This document shows, piece after piece, positions 1 to 12,083 of a stretch of DNA of 64,000 nt. The stretch covers positions 20,975-84,974 of the forward strand of contig CAZDVD010000002.1 of NCBI GenBank assembly GCA_964508765.1, given 5' to 3'. Under the pieces are notes generated by a model. It saw nothing but the letters and a program-made list of their open reading frames with translations, was not told where the DNA came from and did not search any database. Numbering within the stretch: position 1 is the stretch's first letter; each line of letters opens with the position of its first letter. The stretch comes from an uncultured Lentisphaeria bacterium. Its GTDB lineage: Bacteria; Fidelibacterota; UBA8477; JABMPR01. The translations under genes and the position numbers were made by a program.

Positions 1-372
1 CCCGGATAGGATCAATGGAACCATCTACATGGGTGACGTTTTCATCTTCGAAACACCGTACAACATGGATAATGGCCGTGACTTCCCTGATATGTCCCAG
101 AAATTGATTACCCAGACCTTCACCTTTGCTGGCACCCCGGACTAGACCGGCGATATCCACAAATTCCATCACGGCAGGTGTGGTTTTTTCAGGTTCATAT
201 ATTTTCGTTAATGCTTGCAGCTTCTCGTCGGGGATGAGTACGATGCCCACATTGGGATCAATGGTGCAAAAAGGGTAGTTCTCCGCCGGGATATCTGAAG
301 CGGTGAGTGCATTAAAAACCGTTGATTTACCTACGTTTGGTAATCCAACAATTCCACAGGTTAAAGCCATAT
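1..372 (-). CDS. ychF: Ribosome-binding ATPase YchF/Ola1 (N-terminal part; gene runs off left edge)
   Basis: Reverse translation from ATG at 372-370 gives [23 protein letters not shown]...[12 protein letters not shown], the G1/G2 motifs of Obg/YchF GTPases. The frame stays open to position 1. Confidence 0.85.
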
Positions 373-534
373 TTCTATTCCTAAATTATCTATTTAACAA
401 TTCATAATCGATGGAGATCTGGTGGTTTAGACGAATCTTGTCCAGAAGTATGCCCCGAGTTGAGGCAAAACGTTCTCTTTCCATATCTTCCACAAGTTTG
501 CTCTCAATGGAGTCATAAGGAAGCGGGAATCGGG

Positions 535-1530
535 TCATTGAATTAAAGCCTCACAAAGTTTTTCAAAGTCATTGAGATTTTCCACAGCACCCAGAGCAAT
601 CAATTTGTCATTAGCCTCGAGCTTATAATTTGGATCAGGATTAAAATTGGCTTCACCCGTGTGCTGTTCAACAGCCGTGATGATGATGTTGTGATTCTTG
701 CGCACTTCAAGATCAATGATGGACTTCCCTTCAGCCTGTGAGCTGGCTTCAATGGTAATGGTTTCCAGAGCGAGATCCAGATTGCCCCTGTTCATGATGA
801 GTTCGATAAAATCAACAACGCCAGGTGCCATGGCTTGTCTTGCCAGCTTGGTTCCGGCAGCTTCATAAGGGTTAATCACAGTATCTGCTCCAGCCCTTGT
901 CATCTTGGGAATGGAGGAAGGAACCGTCGCCCGGGTGAGAATAAACAGATCACTTTTTAAACTTCTGGCGGACAATGTTAAGAACAGGTTGTCCTGATCA
1001 TCCTTCAAAACACCGATAAGGGTGGTAGCCTTCTCAATCCCCGCAGTCAACAAAACCTCGTCTTGTGTTGCATCTCCTTCGATCAGCACCATATCATCGT
1101 ATAAAAGAGAGGTAATTCTGGAAGTATCCTTTTCGATCACAACAAAACTCTTACCGGCGTTTTTAAGCTCTTTTGCAATGGCTTGTCCCATGCGGCCATA
1201 TCCGCAAAGGATATAGTGATCGTTCAATTTTTTTACTCGTTTCGCCATGCGAAACCTCCTGTAGCGTTTGAGATCCACTGCTTGTTGCGCAATATGACCG
1301 GCAATGAGGAAGAAAACACCGATTCCTGAAAACATGATAAAGATGGTCCAGAGGTGTCCCAGATCTGACATCTCCCAGACCTCCTGGAACCCAACTGTGG
1401 CCAGGGTAATAGAGGTCATGTAAAAGGCGTCAAACCAGCTGACCTGTTCAATAATGACATAGCCAGTGGTCCCCAAAAGGATGATGCCCAGCATACTCAT
1501 GATCAGATGTTTAAGTCTCGTTTCCAGCAT
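535..1530 (-). CDS. 2TM pore-loop cation channel with TrkA-N/TrkA-C (RCK) domains (MthK-like); selectivity filter is TVGFQE rather than TVGYGD
   Basis: 331 aa ORF. Two N-terminal TM segments and a pore helix (WFDAFYMTSITLATVGFQE), then a Rossmann-like RCK domain (ILCGYGRMGQAIAKEL) and a C-terminal TrkA-C-like region. Confidence 0.7.
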   Translation of the reverse strand: MLETRLKHLIMSMLGIILLGTTGYVIIEQVSWFDAFYMTSITLATVGFQEVWEMSDLGHLWTIFIMFSGIGVFFLIAGHIAQQAVDLKRYRRFRMAKRVKKLNDHYILCGYGRMGQAIAKELKNAGKSFVVIEKDTSRITSLLYDDMVLIEGDATQDEVLLTAGIEKATTLIGVLKDDQDNLFLTLSARSLKSDLFILTRATVPSSIPKMTRAGADTVINPYEAAGTKLARQAMAPGVVDFIELIMNRGNLDLALETITIEASSQAEGKSIIDLEVRKNHNIIITAVEQHTGEANFNPDPNYKLEANDKLIALGAVENLNDFEKLCEALIQ

Positions 1531-1766
1531 GCGTAATAATAATTTTGTCAGGGGCTCAAGGCTATCAAAATTCGTGACCGATATAGACTCTCCACTATTG
1601 TGCTGATGGGTTGCATTGGGTTGTTGGCGCGAGCTGGGAATTAATTCATCCTGGTTTCAAATGAAGGGCAATTACTTTCGGCACTCCAGCTCTTTCAGAC
1701 CCTATGCTTTTAGATTACATTGTGGGCTGATGAATACCGTACTGAACACTATTAATTACCCCATAA

Positions 1767-3077
<1,311 letters not shown>

Positions 3078-3085
3078 GGATTTAT

Positions 3086-3448
3086 ATGGCAACCAAGCGG
3101 TCACGTACCACAAACAAACGTTCTTCCCGGAAATCGGGCGGCCTATTCGAGAATAAGGTTGCCTGGATATCCGGTGCAATCATACTGCTGATTATCTTTC
3201 AGATATTTGTCATGAGAGATGAGGGGTTGTATAGCTTGCTACAACTCAAACAGGAAATCAGAGATATGGAATCACATATCTCTCGCCTGGAAATTGAGAA
3301 GGCAGAGTTAGAGAGTGAACGTGACCGTTTATTAAACGATCCTGACTATCTGGAACGTATTGCCCGTGAACGGTTTCGTATGGCCAAGCCAGGTGAAAAA
3401 GTATTTCACGTCGTTACCGAAACCAAAGCGGACAAGCCGACCCATTAA
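3086..3448 (+). CDS. ftsB: Septum formation initiator family protein (FtsB/DivIC-like)
   Basis: 120 aa. An N-terminal TM segment, a coiled coil and a C-terminal DPDYLERIARERFRMAKPGE motif typical of FtsB. The conserved eno-ftsB adjacency is kept. Confidence 0.65.
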   Translation: MATKRSRTTNKRSSRKSGGLFENKVAWISGAIILLIIFQIFVMRDEGLYSLLQLKQEIRDMESHISRLEIEKAELESERDRLLNDPDYLERIARERFRMAKPGEKVFHVVTETKADKPTH

Positions 3449-3599
3449 ATGAAAACAGTGTTGGAAGAGATCAGCTTTTGTCCTTATTCTAAAGAATGAG
3501 ATTTAATTGCGAACCTGGCAATTTCAAAATTTTAACCTGAGGGACAGGGCTGAATATCGCAGACCCACTCCCACCTCACCTCCACTAAACAGACAGCCT

Positions 3600-5378
3600 A
3601 TGTTGTTGCCCTTCCTACAGAAAATTTTACTCCCGTTTGCTGCTGTATTATTGTTTATAAACAATGTTCATGCCGCAGGTCAGGATTCACTTGCCTATAT
3701 TTTTCGCCAGGACAATCTTTCTACCAATAATGATTTTCAACTGAATTATAAGCAAAATTTTTCAAGCAGCGTTCTGCAAGTCACCGATGTTCTCAGATAT
3801 AAAGTGTTTTCATACGACAATGATATTTCTGATGAGAAACAATATTCAGTTGAGCACCGCCTCAGAAGCGACTTCTCCTGGGGAAAAAATCATTCGAGGA
3901 GCATACGGTTAGAGAGCAGTCAGCATGAGGATCACAGGACTGGTTTGGCCTCTACCATTGATAATTGGGCTTTGCTGGCTGGTTTCAAGCGTAACGAAAA
4001 TTTATCGTTATTTATAGGTGGCAGAACGGTTGAACGCTATGGAATTGTAGATGAAGGTTGGACCAGTGAATTGGATATTCGCAAGTCCTGGCACTCCTCT
4101 CAACAGCAATCCTCATTCTTTGTAAATGGATCAAGGGATCAGCTGACGGATCACGTCAATCATACCCTCAATGCCCACGGGGACTATCTCGTCCGTTTTG
4201 GTGAAATCTCCACCTTTCAGACGACCCTGCATCGCGAGGCTCGCTTACAGGTATTTTTTACCGATTCCCTGGGGAGTTCCCAATCACGGAACAATGAAAA
4301 TCTGAATTGGCAGAATCTGTTTGTTTACCATCTCGGAAAAAACCTGCATCTCTCTCACCGTCTTGATTGGGGAGACCAGTTAACAGAAATTAGCCGGAAG
4401 AAAGTGGATCAAAACTCAACGCTCAATCTATCCAGCGAGGATCGCAAACGATTTTCATTGCTGAACGAGACTTCTCTGGAACTAAACAATCCGAATTTCT
4501 CCACTTTGACGGCTTTCAAAATTGAAAATTCACAAAACAAGTATTACGTAGATTACACCCAGGTTCTCTACCAACTGAAAGAAGCGGTTCTCTGGCAAAA
4601 TGCTGGACCTGTAGACTCGTTGACCTGGATTTCATCCCTCTCCCGGTTAGAGTATGATACTCCTGATACTACAAACGATGATGACAGAGATGAATGGCGG
4701 CTCAATACGGAGATAAAAATGTTTTGGGAGCCCACGCCATTCTATCGAATTGAGCTGGGTACAAAGCTGGGTATGTTTCACTTGATATATCTCTTTAATA
4801 CACGCAGTTCTGAAAATCACTGGAACCGAAATCTGGTTTTGTGGTCAGGAGTGGAATGGAGCAAGCAAGCCTGGTCTGGTCGTGGTCGTGCCAGAATACG
4901 GAGCAATTATTTTGACTATGATTACGATGATATTTTTATCGAATTGGATCAACCATCTCGTAGCTTTGTGCATAGATCCCTCGATCTGAACAAGAAAATC
5001 AATTATAATTTTGGACGACGCTGGTCCATTATTACAAAAGCAGCCTTCCGCTGGGAAGATGAGGGCAGGTTGAAATGGGATTCTTTTATTCAGCAGGTCA
5101 ACAGTAGGCGAGAACAGTCTGAGTTGAGTATCCAGATTTATTACAGTTATAGAGGTTGGGACGGCTGGATTGGCTATTTAACCTATGACAGAGTCATTGA
5201 TTATGCATCGACCAGTCGAGATACAGATCACTGGCAGGGGCAGGGACCTTTAATGGGTGTAAAATATCAATTGGGTGAGCGTGTAAATTTGCGCGGAGAT
5301 GCACGCTTTGTATCAGTTAAAGATGGTGACCGAGAGTATATGCTCCCGAAAGTATTCCTTACTCTGGTGTATCGTTAA
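3600..5378 (+). CDS. Hypothetical secreted/outer-membrane protein (predicted beta-barrel)
   Basis: The long ORF from 3507 is trimmed to the ATG at 3600, which gives the signal peptide MLLPFLQKILLPFAAVLLFINNVHAAGQ. It is rich in alternating aromatic/polar segments and has no recognisable catalytic motif. Confidence 0.5.
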   Translation: MLLPFLQKILLPFAAVLLFINNVHAAGQDSLAYIFRQDNLSTNNDFQLNYKQNFSSSVLQVTDVLRYKVFSYDNDISDEKQYSVEHRLRSDFSWGKNHSRSIRLESSQHEDHRTGLASTIDNWALLAGFKRNENLSLFIGGRTVERYGIVDEGWTSELDIRKSWHSSQQQSSFFVNGSRDQLTDHVNHTLNAHGDYLVRFGEISTFQTTLHREARLQVFFTDSLGSSQSRNNENLNWQNLFVYHLGKNLHLSHRLDWGDQLTEISRKKVDQNSTLNLSSEDRKRFSLLNETSLELNNPNFSTLTAFKIENSQNKYYVDYTQVLYQLKEAVLWQNAGPVDSLTWISSLSRLEYDTPDTTNDDDRDEWRLNTEIKMFWEPTPFYRIELGTKLGMFHLIYLFNTRSSENHWNRNLVLWSGVEWSKQAWSGRGRARIRSNYFDYDYDDIFIELDQPSRSFVHRSLDLNKKINYNFGRRWSIITKAAFRWEDEGRLKWDSFIQQVNSRREQSELSIQIYYSYRGWDGWIGYLTYDRVIDYASTSRDTDHWQGQGPLMGVKYQLGERVNLRGDARFVSVKDGDREYMLPKVFLTLVYR

Positions 5379-5626
5379 GTTGCTTTAGGTAAAGGCTTTT
5401 CAAGCTCATCAATCCGCTCATTAAGTGTATCAACGTATCCAGATAGATGCTTCTGAACATCCCTGATAGCTTGATTGTAATAGTGCGGTCCAATATTTTC
5501 GCTAAAAAAATCCAGTAAGAACTCTGCTTCAAAATTACCCAAATCTTGATCCAACTCAGATGTAAAGTATTCTTTGATACGCTGAATGAGTTCGTCTTTC
5601 ATCTCGCGGGAGAAGGTGTTTATCAT
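5375..5626 (-). CDS. Small DUF2164-like protein
   Basis: 83 aa ORF with an EFLLDFFSENIGPHYYNQAIRD core that resembles DUF2164 family members. It lies antisense between outer-membrane protein genes. Confidence 0.45.
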   Translation of the reverse strand: MINTFSREMKDELIQRIKEYFTSELDQDLGNFEAEFLLDFFSENIGPHYYNQAIRDVQKHLSGYVDTLNERIDELEKPLPKAT

Positions 5627-5728
5627 GGTTAATATTCCTTTGTTGAAAGCTGTTGCGACACACCAATTTATTCATTAATATAGCCTACACTTTAAAAACA
5701 ATCCTCAAAGTCAAAAGTTGGAAAAATC

Positions 5729-6544
5729 ATGATACACATCAAAAAAGTGATGTGCATATGCTGTGTTCTTTATGCAGTCATTCTGCACATATCACCTGCA
5801 ATCGGCGCTTTTGAATATCTCGGTTTGGGCTGGCCAGCCGCCACTGCCAATATCAAGGTTCTCGGACATCATCCTGACTGCTATGCCTTTAATTCCGCTC
5901 TTATGGCGGAGACTTTTCAACCTCATTATAGCCTTTCATACCAGAACCCCTTTCAGTCACTTGATCTCCAGGCTGGGGCTTTATCTGTCCTGAGTTCAAT
6001 TCGACAAAAATTCTATATCCACAATCTGGAATACTTTGGAGATGAGTTTTATTCTGAGCTCAAAGTGGGTAATGGTACTTCCTGGACAATTCGGGAGGGT
6101 TACAGGCTGGGTTTGAGTTTGAATTACCATAGGCTAGCTTTGTCGGGTTTTTCCAGTCGGCAAGCCATGACCCTATCTTTCAGCTCTTATGCCCATCTCG
6201 GAGAACACTTCAAACTCGGATCTGTAATTGAACACGTAATTCAGGTGGGGGACAAGTTGAGTATCCCTCAAAAATTCCACATTGGAACACTTTATAAAGT
6301 GGGGATGATTGACATGTTGCTTGTCCTCGAAAAGGAAGCTGCACTGCCTTTGGAAGCTTGTCTTGGTCTGCTGATTTCATCTCAATCCTTCTGGGAAATC
6401 GGTTTGGGATACAGGGATGTGAGTGGCATGGTTTCAGCGGGTTGGCGCATCCGTACTCCAAGAGTAGCTTTTCATTACGTATGTGTCATGCATCCCCAAT
6501 TACCTGTATCAAACGGATTTGGTCTGGAGCTTATTCTGCCGTGA
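5729..6544 (+). CDS. Hypothetical secreted/outer-membrane protein
   Basis: 271 aa with an N-terminal signal-like hydrophobic segment (VMCICCVLYAVILHISPAIGA). No family recognised. Confidence 0.45.
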   Translation: MIHIKKVMCICCVLYAVILHISPAIGAFEYLGLGWPAATANIKVLGHHPDCYAFNSALMAETFQPHYSLSYQNPFQSLDLQAGALSVLSSIRQKFYIHNLEYFGDEFYSELKVGNGTSWTIREGYRLGLSLNYHRLALSGFSSRQAMTLSFSSYAHLGEHFKLGSVIEHVIQVGDKLSIPQKFHIGTLYKVGMIDMLLVLEKEAALPLEACLGLLISSQSFWEIGLGYRDVSGMVSAGWRIRTPRVAFHYVCVMHPQLPVSNGFGLELILP

Positions 6545-8298
6545 GAGTGACGATACTAATTCTTCTTTGCAGCCTACATGCTTTTCCTCAAACGGGAATC
6601 GATCTGGGCAATGAGGCATTGGATGATCCTGATGAAAACCAATACCTGGAACAACTCCTGGCTACCCTTTTTCAAAGGGTTATTCTCGAGACCGCAGATT
6701 CTAGTGTCCTGGAGGCGCGTGGATATTCACAGCAAGCCATCGCGTTGATTCTCAATTGGCAGCAGCAGAAGGGGAGAAAAGGGTCACGAAACTGGTTGAG
6801 CAAGCAATTCGAAGATAAAGATCTCATGTTTCTAACCCAGGATCTGAAAAATGAAGCTGAGTCGACACAAGTTCAATTGCGCCAACGCATACAATATTCA
6901 CCTGGGCTGGATGGCTGGCGTATTCTGAACAAAGGACGGCTATGGAATCAGTGGGGGTCAGTGAATATTCTCACCGAACAGGATCCCGGTGAAAGTCAGT
7001 TGACTGATCATGCGATTGTCACAGTGAATAGTTTTTCTGTACCGCATTTCGACAATGTCATCCTGGGAGACTTCCATGTGAAATGGGGTGGGGGACTCAT
7101 ACTCAATCAGCAAGGAACTCGTCTAAGCTTAAACCCGAAAAGCCTTTTACACAAAAACCTCCTTGCCATGCGACCTCATTATTCAAGTCGTGAAACTGAC
7201 TATTATCAAGGGCTGGCTACTTGCTTCTCAATAAAGAATATCCAGGGAGCGGCTTTTTTTTCAGATAGAGAGATGCAGGGTCTTGGCAGTCGTCATGAAT
7301 TTAAGGAAGATGCAGACGGGATTCATCCAGCCGGGAAATGGTTCGATACAAATCGTACAAAATCCCTGGGTCTGGCCTTGAAGACCCATGTTTTGAAAAT
7401 TCAACTCTATGGGTCCGCTCTATTTAATCCCGCTGTGAATCCTGGATTGGTTTATGAACTGGGATTTTCCAGATCCTTGAGTGTCTCTCATCAAATTCAA
7501 GTATTCACAAATAGTCTAAGTGTCAGAGCTCACCGGTTACTCCTCGCCTGGTCATATTCAACCAAATCCTTGAATCTCTCCGCACAATACAGACGCTATC
7601 ACACTGATAGCCTTTCACCCTCTGGCTCCCTGTTCACCCTTCTGGGATCATCTGCCTTAAACGAAGAGGGGCTCTCCGTGAGGGCTCAAATTAAACCCAC
7701 TAAGAAGGTGCAAATTCGCTATGCCCTTGAGACGGGTAATTCAGTTGAGTTGCAATCCTATTGCAATTACAGGACAATACAGCATCACAAAGTGCAATTC
7801 GTGAGAAAGCTAAACGGGGGTGTCTGCCAGATTGATTTTAGCAGAAAACGCGAGCTTGCCCTCTGGGAAGGGGATATCTGGAATGGTCATATCACCCAGA
7901 GAAATATTTCCAAAGGCGCTGTTTCTCTGCTTCATCATTTTTCATCTGATTTAAAATATCGTGTAAATCTTAAATCTGCATACATGGGCAAGGCAAGTGC
8001 CCTGCTTGTGCAGCAACGGATATACGGTAGCAGGGGCAATTGGAAATGGACACTTGGTTATGTGAGATATGCGGTTCCTGACTACACCTTAAGACTAAGC
8101 ATCTATGAGACCAGTGTAGCTGAAAGTTTTAGTTTTTATACCTGCTATGATGATGGTGATAGGTGGTTTCTCTATGTGAAGCAGCAAGCTCAAGAGTGGT
8201 TTAATTTGGAACTCAGGTTGGTACAAACCCATTCCTTTGATGATCTAATCGCCCCTAAACAACTTGCTTTGAGTTTTCAGATGTCCGTTGTCTTATAA
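6543..8298 (+). CDS. Hypothetical outer-membrane protein (predicted beta-barrel)
   Basis: The long ORF from 6358 overlaps the upstream gene. A GTG at 6543 overlaps the upstream TGA and gives the signal peptide (M)RVTILILLCSLHAFPQTG. The C-terminal half has amphipathic beta-strand patterns. Confidence 0.45.
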
Positions 8299-8327
8299 AA
8301 CCTAACCGACTATTTTGAACGCTAAAT

Positions 8328-9860
8328 ATGAACCGCCAACGATACATAATTTTCGCACTCCTTCTGCTTTTTTCAATTACTTCGTTGCAGGCGAGAAGAA
8401 CAGAGCTCATCCTGCAAAAGGCCGCAGATGACAGATATGTCCCAGCGATGCCTGTCTATTTAATCAATGAGTACCAATATATATCCCTCCAGGATTTGTT
8501 AGATGCCTACAAGGTATCAGCCTTTCTGAATCCTGCTGTGAGGAAGACAGTTTTCCGTCTGGGTCGACTGAAATTCAAAGTGACGGCTTATAACCATTAT
8601 ATTATGGTAGAAGACAAAACTTTCCAAATGTCCCATGCTGTCATTTTCTTTGATGGTGAGACTTACCTGCCCATGGATGATTTCGTGGGCATTCTGAAAT
8701 TGGTGGGCCTGGTATCCGGGGTCACCATTCTCTCTGGATCTGATCCTGCTGACTTACAGGCTCAAAAAGAAGCTGCACCCATGGAATTCTCTCCCTACGA
8801 TATTTTGTCAGCAAATATTGAAGAGCGGGAAAATGGGACCGTTATTCGGATTCGAACCGCCAATCGCTATGATGCCAAGTCGGTCAAAGCCTGGATAAAT
8901 CGTGAGGAATGGCTTTATGTCACCCTGCCAGGTGCTAAAGTCAATAAACCTGGACTAGATAATACAGAGATTCCTCAAAACAGTAGTATCCGTACCGTTA
9001 CTGCAGATCAACTGGATGGAACCTCTCAGCTAACGTTCCGCCTGCGTGGGACGGTAGAAGGTGTTGATGTTATTCATCGTGATTCTCCCCCCGAAATTTT
9101 ACTGAGTATTCGTCGTCCCTATGTGATTGACCAATCCCACTATCTGGAGAAGGAACGTCAGAAATGGAAGCTGGATAAAATCGTACTGGATGCCGGTCAT
9201 GGGGGACATGATCCTGGTGCCCGCGGCAATGGTCTCCGGGAGAAAGAAATCACACTGGATGTGGTGAAGCGCCTGGGGAAATTGATTGAAACCCGCACGG
9301 ATATTGAGGTGATTTACACCAGGAAGACAGATGTGTTTGTGCCCCTCTGGGAGCGTACAAAAATTGCTAATGAAGCCGGTGGAAAAGTTTTCTTGAGTAT
9401 CCATGTCAATGCCAATAAAAATAAAAAGGCTTCAGGGTTTGAGACCTATTTGCTGCGACCCGGTAAAACCGACGCTGCCGTAGCTGTAGCTGAGATGGAA
9501 AACGCAGTTATCAAACTGGAGAAAAATACGAATCAGTACAATAAGCTCAGTGCTGAACAACTCATACTGGCAACCATGGCTCAGAGCTCTTTTATGCAGC
9601 AGAGTGAAACACTGGCAGATCTGATACAGCGAGAATTTGATAAGAAATTGGTGGGACAGAACCGGGGTGTGAAACAAGCCGGTTTTATTGTGCTCATAGG
9701 TGCTTCCATGCCCAATGTTTTGATCGAATTGGGATTCATTTCAAATAAGAATGATGCCCGTAGATTGAAGCAGGCAGCCTATAGACAGAAGGCGGCTGAG
9801 GGTATATTCGATGCCCTGATGAAATATAAAACACGACATGAAAAGTTATTATCTCCGTGA
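8328..9860 (+). CDS. amiC: N-acetylmuramoyl-L-alanine amidase (AmiC-like, with N-terminal AMIN-like domain)
   Basis: 510 aa with a signal peptide. The Amidase_3 motifs DAGHGGHDPGARGNGLREKEITLDV and LSIHVNA are present. Confidence 0.85.
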   Translation: MNRQRYIIFALLLLFSITSLQARRTELILQKAADDRYVPAMPVYLINEYQYISLQDLLDAYKVSAFLNPAVRKTVFRLGRLKFKVTAYNHYIMVEDKTFQMSHAVIFFDGETYLPMDDFVGILKLVGLVSGVTILSGSDPADLQAQKEAAPMEFSPYDILSANIEERENGTVIRIRTANRYDAKSVKAWINREEWLYVTLPGAKVNKPGLDNTEIPQNSSIRTVTADQLDGTSQLTFRLRGTVEGVDVIHRDSPPEILLSIRRPYVIDQSHYLEKERQKWKLDKIVLDAGHGGHDPGARGNGLREKEITLDVVKRLGKLIETRTDIEVIYTRKTDVFVPLWERTKIANEAGGKVFLSIHVNANKNKKASGFETYLLRPGKTDAAVAVAEMENAVIKLEKNTNQYNKLSAEQLILATMAQSSFMQQSETLADLIQREFDKKLVGQNRGVKQAGFIVLIGASMPNVLIELGFISNKNDARRLKQAAYRQKAAEGIFDALMKYKTRHEKLLSP

Positions 9861-10690
9861 ACAAACTAAACTCTGAACAAGCTATTGGTGTATTTGACTC
9901 AGGACTGGGTGGCATCTCAGTTGTCCGAGCCATTATTGATTTATTACCCCACGAACACCTCGTTTATTTTGGTGATACCGCGCGTGTACCCTACGGGTCA
10001 AAATCTGAAGAAACAGTGGTCCGCTTTGCCCATCAGATTTCATCATTTCTCAGGGAAAAGCAGGTCAAGATGATTGTGGTCGCCTGTAACACAGCGTCGG
10101 CTGTGGCTCTGGAAAGTTTACAGAAGCGTTTTAATATTCCCATAGTTGGTGTGATTGAGCCAGGCTCTGAAGCTGCAGTAAAAGCTTCTAAGCATAAGCG
10201 TATTGGTGTGATTGGAACCGCTTCCACCATTAGATCAGGTGCCTACCGAGCAGCTATTCGAGCTCTTGATCCTGAAATGGAAGTGACCGTCCAATCTTGT
10301 CCTTTATTGGTCCCACTCGTCGAGGAGGACTGGCCCCATGATGGTGTGGTTACACAGGTCTTGGAAAGTTATTTATCTTCGTTCAAGATACAAAAACCAG
10401 ACTCTCTTATCCTTGGTTGTACACACTATCCCTATCTTAAAACAATTATCCAGGAAGTGATGGGACCCGCAGTTCGCCTGGTGGATTCCGGGGAGGAAAC
10501 TGCAGCCCGGGTGAAGCAGGTGCTCGAAGAACTGGATTTGTTGAATCCCGAATCCGGAGATCCAGGCAAACACAAATTTTATGTATCTGATTTCCCCCAA
10601 AAGTTCGAAGAAACAGCCTCCCGTTTCTTGGGGAGACCCCTGGACAAGCTGTTCAAGGTTAAACTCGAAGTTCTGGAATCTTATAAATAA
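9857..10690 (+). CDS. murI: Glutamate racemase
   Basis: 277 aa containing GVFDSGLGGISV, VYFGDTARVPYG and GCTHYP motifs. The GTG start overlaps the amiC stop. Confidence 0.9.
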   Translation: MNKLNSEQAIGVFDSGLGGISVVRAIIDLLPHEHLVYFGDTARVPYGSKSEETVVRFAHQISSFLREKQVKMIVVACNTASAVALESLQKRFNIPIVGVIEPGSEAAVKASKHKRIGVIGTASTIRSGAYRAAIRALDPEMEVTVQSCPLLVPLVEEDWPHDGVVTQVLESYLSSFKIQKPDSLILGCTHYPYLKTIIQEVMGPAVRLVDSGEETAARVKQVLEELDLLNPESGDPGKHKFYVSDFPQKFEETASRFLGRPLDKLFKVKLEVLESYK

Positions 10691-10716
10691 AAACCCTTCA
10701 ACCATTTCAATAAAGA

Positions 10717-12003
10717 TTGGTAAAAATCAAATTGGTGCACCCGGAATCTAAATCAGTTTTCGATTATATCTTCGGGTTAACCGTTCCTGGCGTTAAGCTG
10801 GAACTGTCCCGCGTTGAGGAATTTATGGATCGGTTGGGGAAGCCCCATGCAGCCTATCCCGTTATTCATATAGCAGGAACCAATGGGAAGGGCTCCACAG
10901 CTGCCATGTTGGCTGCTATTCTCAAGGCTTATGGCAAGAAGGCGGGTTTGTTTACTTCGCCTCATTTGATCACACCCAATGAGCGTATCCGGGTGGGGAA
11001 TACCCTGGTCTCTGATGATTTTATTGTCCAGAAAGTTGAGGAATGGCGAGCCCATATTGATGCTTTAGGTATCACCTTTTTTGAAGTTCTCACTGCTTTG
11101 GGGATGGAGTACTTCAAACAGGAATCTGTTGACTATGCCGTCATCGAAACTGGTTTAGGGGGCAGATTGGATGCTACCAATGTGGTTGACCCTGTTGCCA
11201 GTATCATCACCAGTGTATCCATGGATCATGAGAATATTCTCGGGGACAATTTGACCACTATTGCCGGGGAAAAGGCAGGCATTATTAAGCCAGGCCGCCC
11301 TATACTTCTCGGGAAGAACAAAGATGAGGTGAGGCGGGTCATTGAGCAAAAAAGTCTACTCGAAAGCGCTCATTATACCTATGTGCCAGATAAGGTTGAA
11401 ATTCAACTTGTTAGGCCTCTGGGTCTTGCTCAACGTGTTCATGTAAGTATTGCTGATCGGACTGTTGAGGTGGATTTACCCCTGCTTGGACGCCATCAAG
11501 TGGAGAATTTCACCAATGTGCTGGCAACACTGGATGAGCTGGGTTTTGGTCTGGATGCTTCAATTATTCAGAGGGGTCTCAATGAGATGATCTGGCAGGG
11601 ACGCATGCAAGTCCTCCAAAAAGAACCGTTGGTTCTGTATGATGTCGCCCATAACCCTGAAGGTCTGCAGCGGCTTCTGGAATCCCTGCATGAACTGGAT
11701 AGGAGCGATACCATTATTGTGGCGGCATTTAATGCCCGTAAAAATATTCGTTCCATGCTGGATATGCTTGCGGAGTGGTCAGGTGAAGTGATATTCTCCA
11801 TTTTTGCCGGGCACTCAGCCGTTGACCGCGAAGCGCTTTTACATTTAGGTGTAAAGCCTCAAATGATATCCTCAAACCTCGCAGATGCGTACAAACGAGC
11901 GCAAGATATTCGTTCTGATGAGGATCAGGCTATTTGTTTTATTGGCAGTCACTATCTGGCTGAAACCCTCTTTCCCCTGTTTGAGCAGTCAAATCAGATT
12001 TAA
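10717..12003 (+). CDS. folC: Bifunctional folylpolyglutamate synthase / dihydrofolate synthase (Mur ligase family)
   Basis: 428 aa with the HIAGTNGKGSTAAMLAAIL P-loop and the Mur-ligase middle and C-terminal regions. The start codon (TTG or a downstream alternative) is uncertain. Confidence 0.85.
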   Translation: MVKIKLVHPESKSVFDYIFGLTVPGVKLELSRVEEFMDRLGKPHAAYPVIHIAGTNGKGSTAAMLAAILKAYGKKAGLFTSPHLITPNERIRVGNTLVSDDFIVQKVEEWRAHIDALGITFFEVLTALGMEYFKQESVDYAVIETGLGGRLDATNVVDPVASIITSVSMDHENILGDNLTTIAGEKAGIIKPGRPILLGKNKDEVRRVIEQKSLLESAHYTYVPDKVEIQLVRPLGLAQRVHVSIADRTVEVDLPLLGRHQVENFTNVLATLDELGFGLDASIIQRGLNEMIWQGRMQVLQKEPLVLYDVAHNPEGLQRLLESLHELDRSDTIIVAAFNARKNIRSMLDMLAEWSGEVIFSIFAGHSAVDREALLHLGVKPQMISSNLADAYKRAQDIRSDEDQAICFIGSHYLAETLFPLFEQSNQI

Positions 12004-12083
12004 GTATCAGAAAAGATGAATATTGGGTTCCAGAGCCCCTTTGGGCATATATCACGCGGGTAAATAATAAATTAGAATTTTAA

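Noticed and set aside
3507-3599. Extension of the outer-membrane protein ORF to the ATG at 3507 (MRTWQFQNF…)
   Set aside because: The extension is hydrophilic and Pro-rich and lacks signal-peptide character. The ATG at 3600 yields a canonical signal peptide.
6358-6542. N-terminal 60 codons of track ORF 6358-8298 overlapping the upstream gene
   Set aside because: The overlap of about 185 bp in a different frame is implausible. The GTG at 6543, followed by a signal-peptide-like sequence, is the better start.
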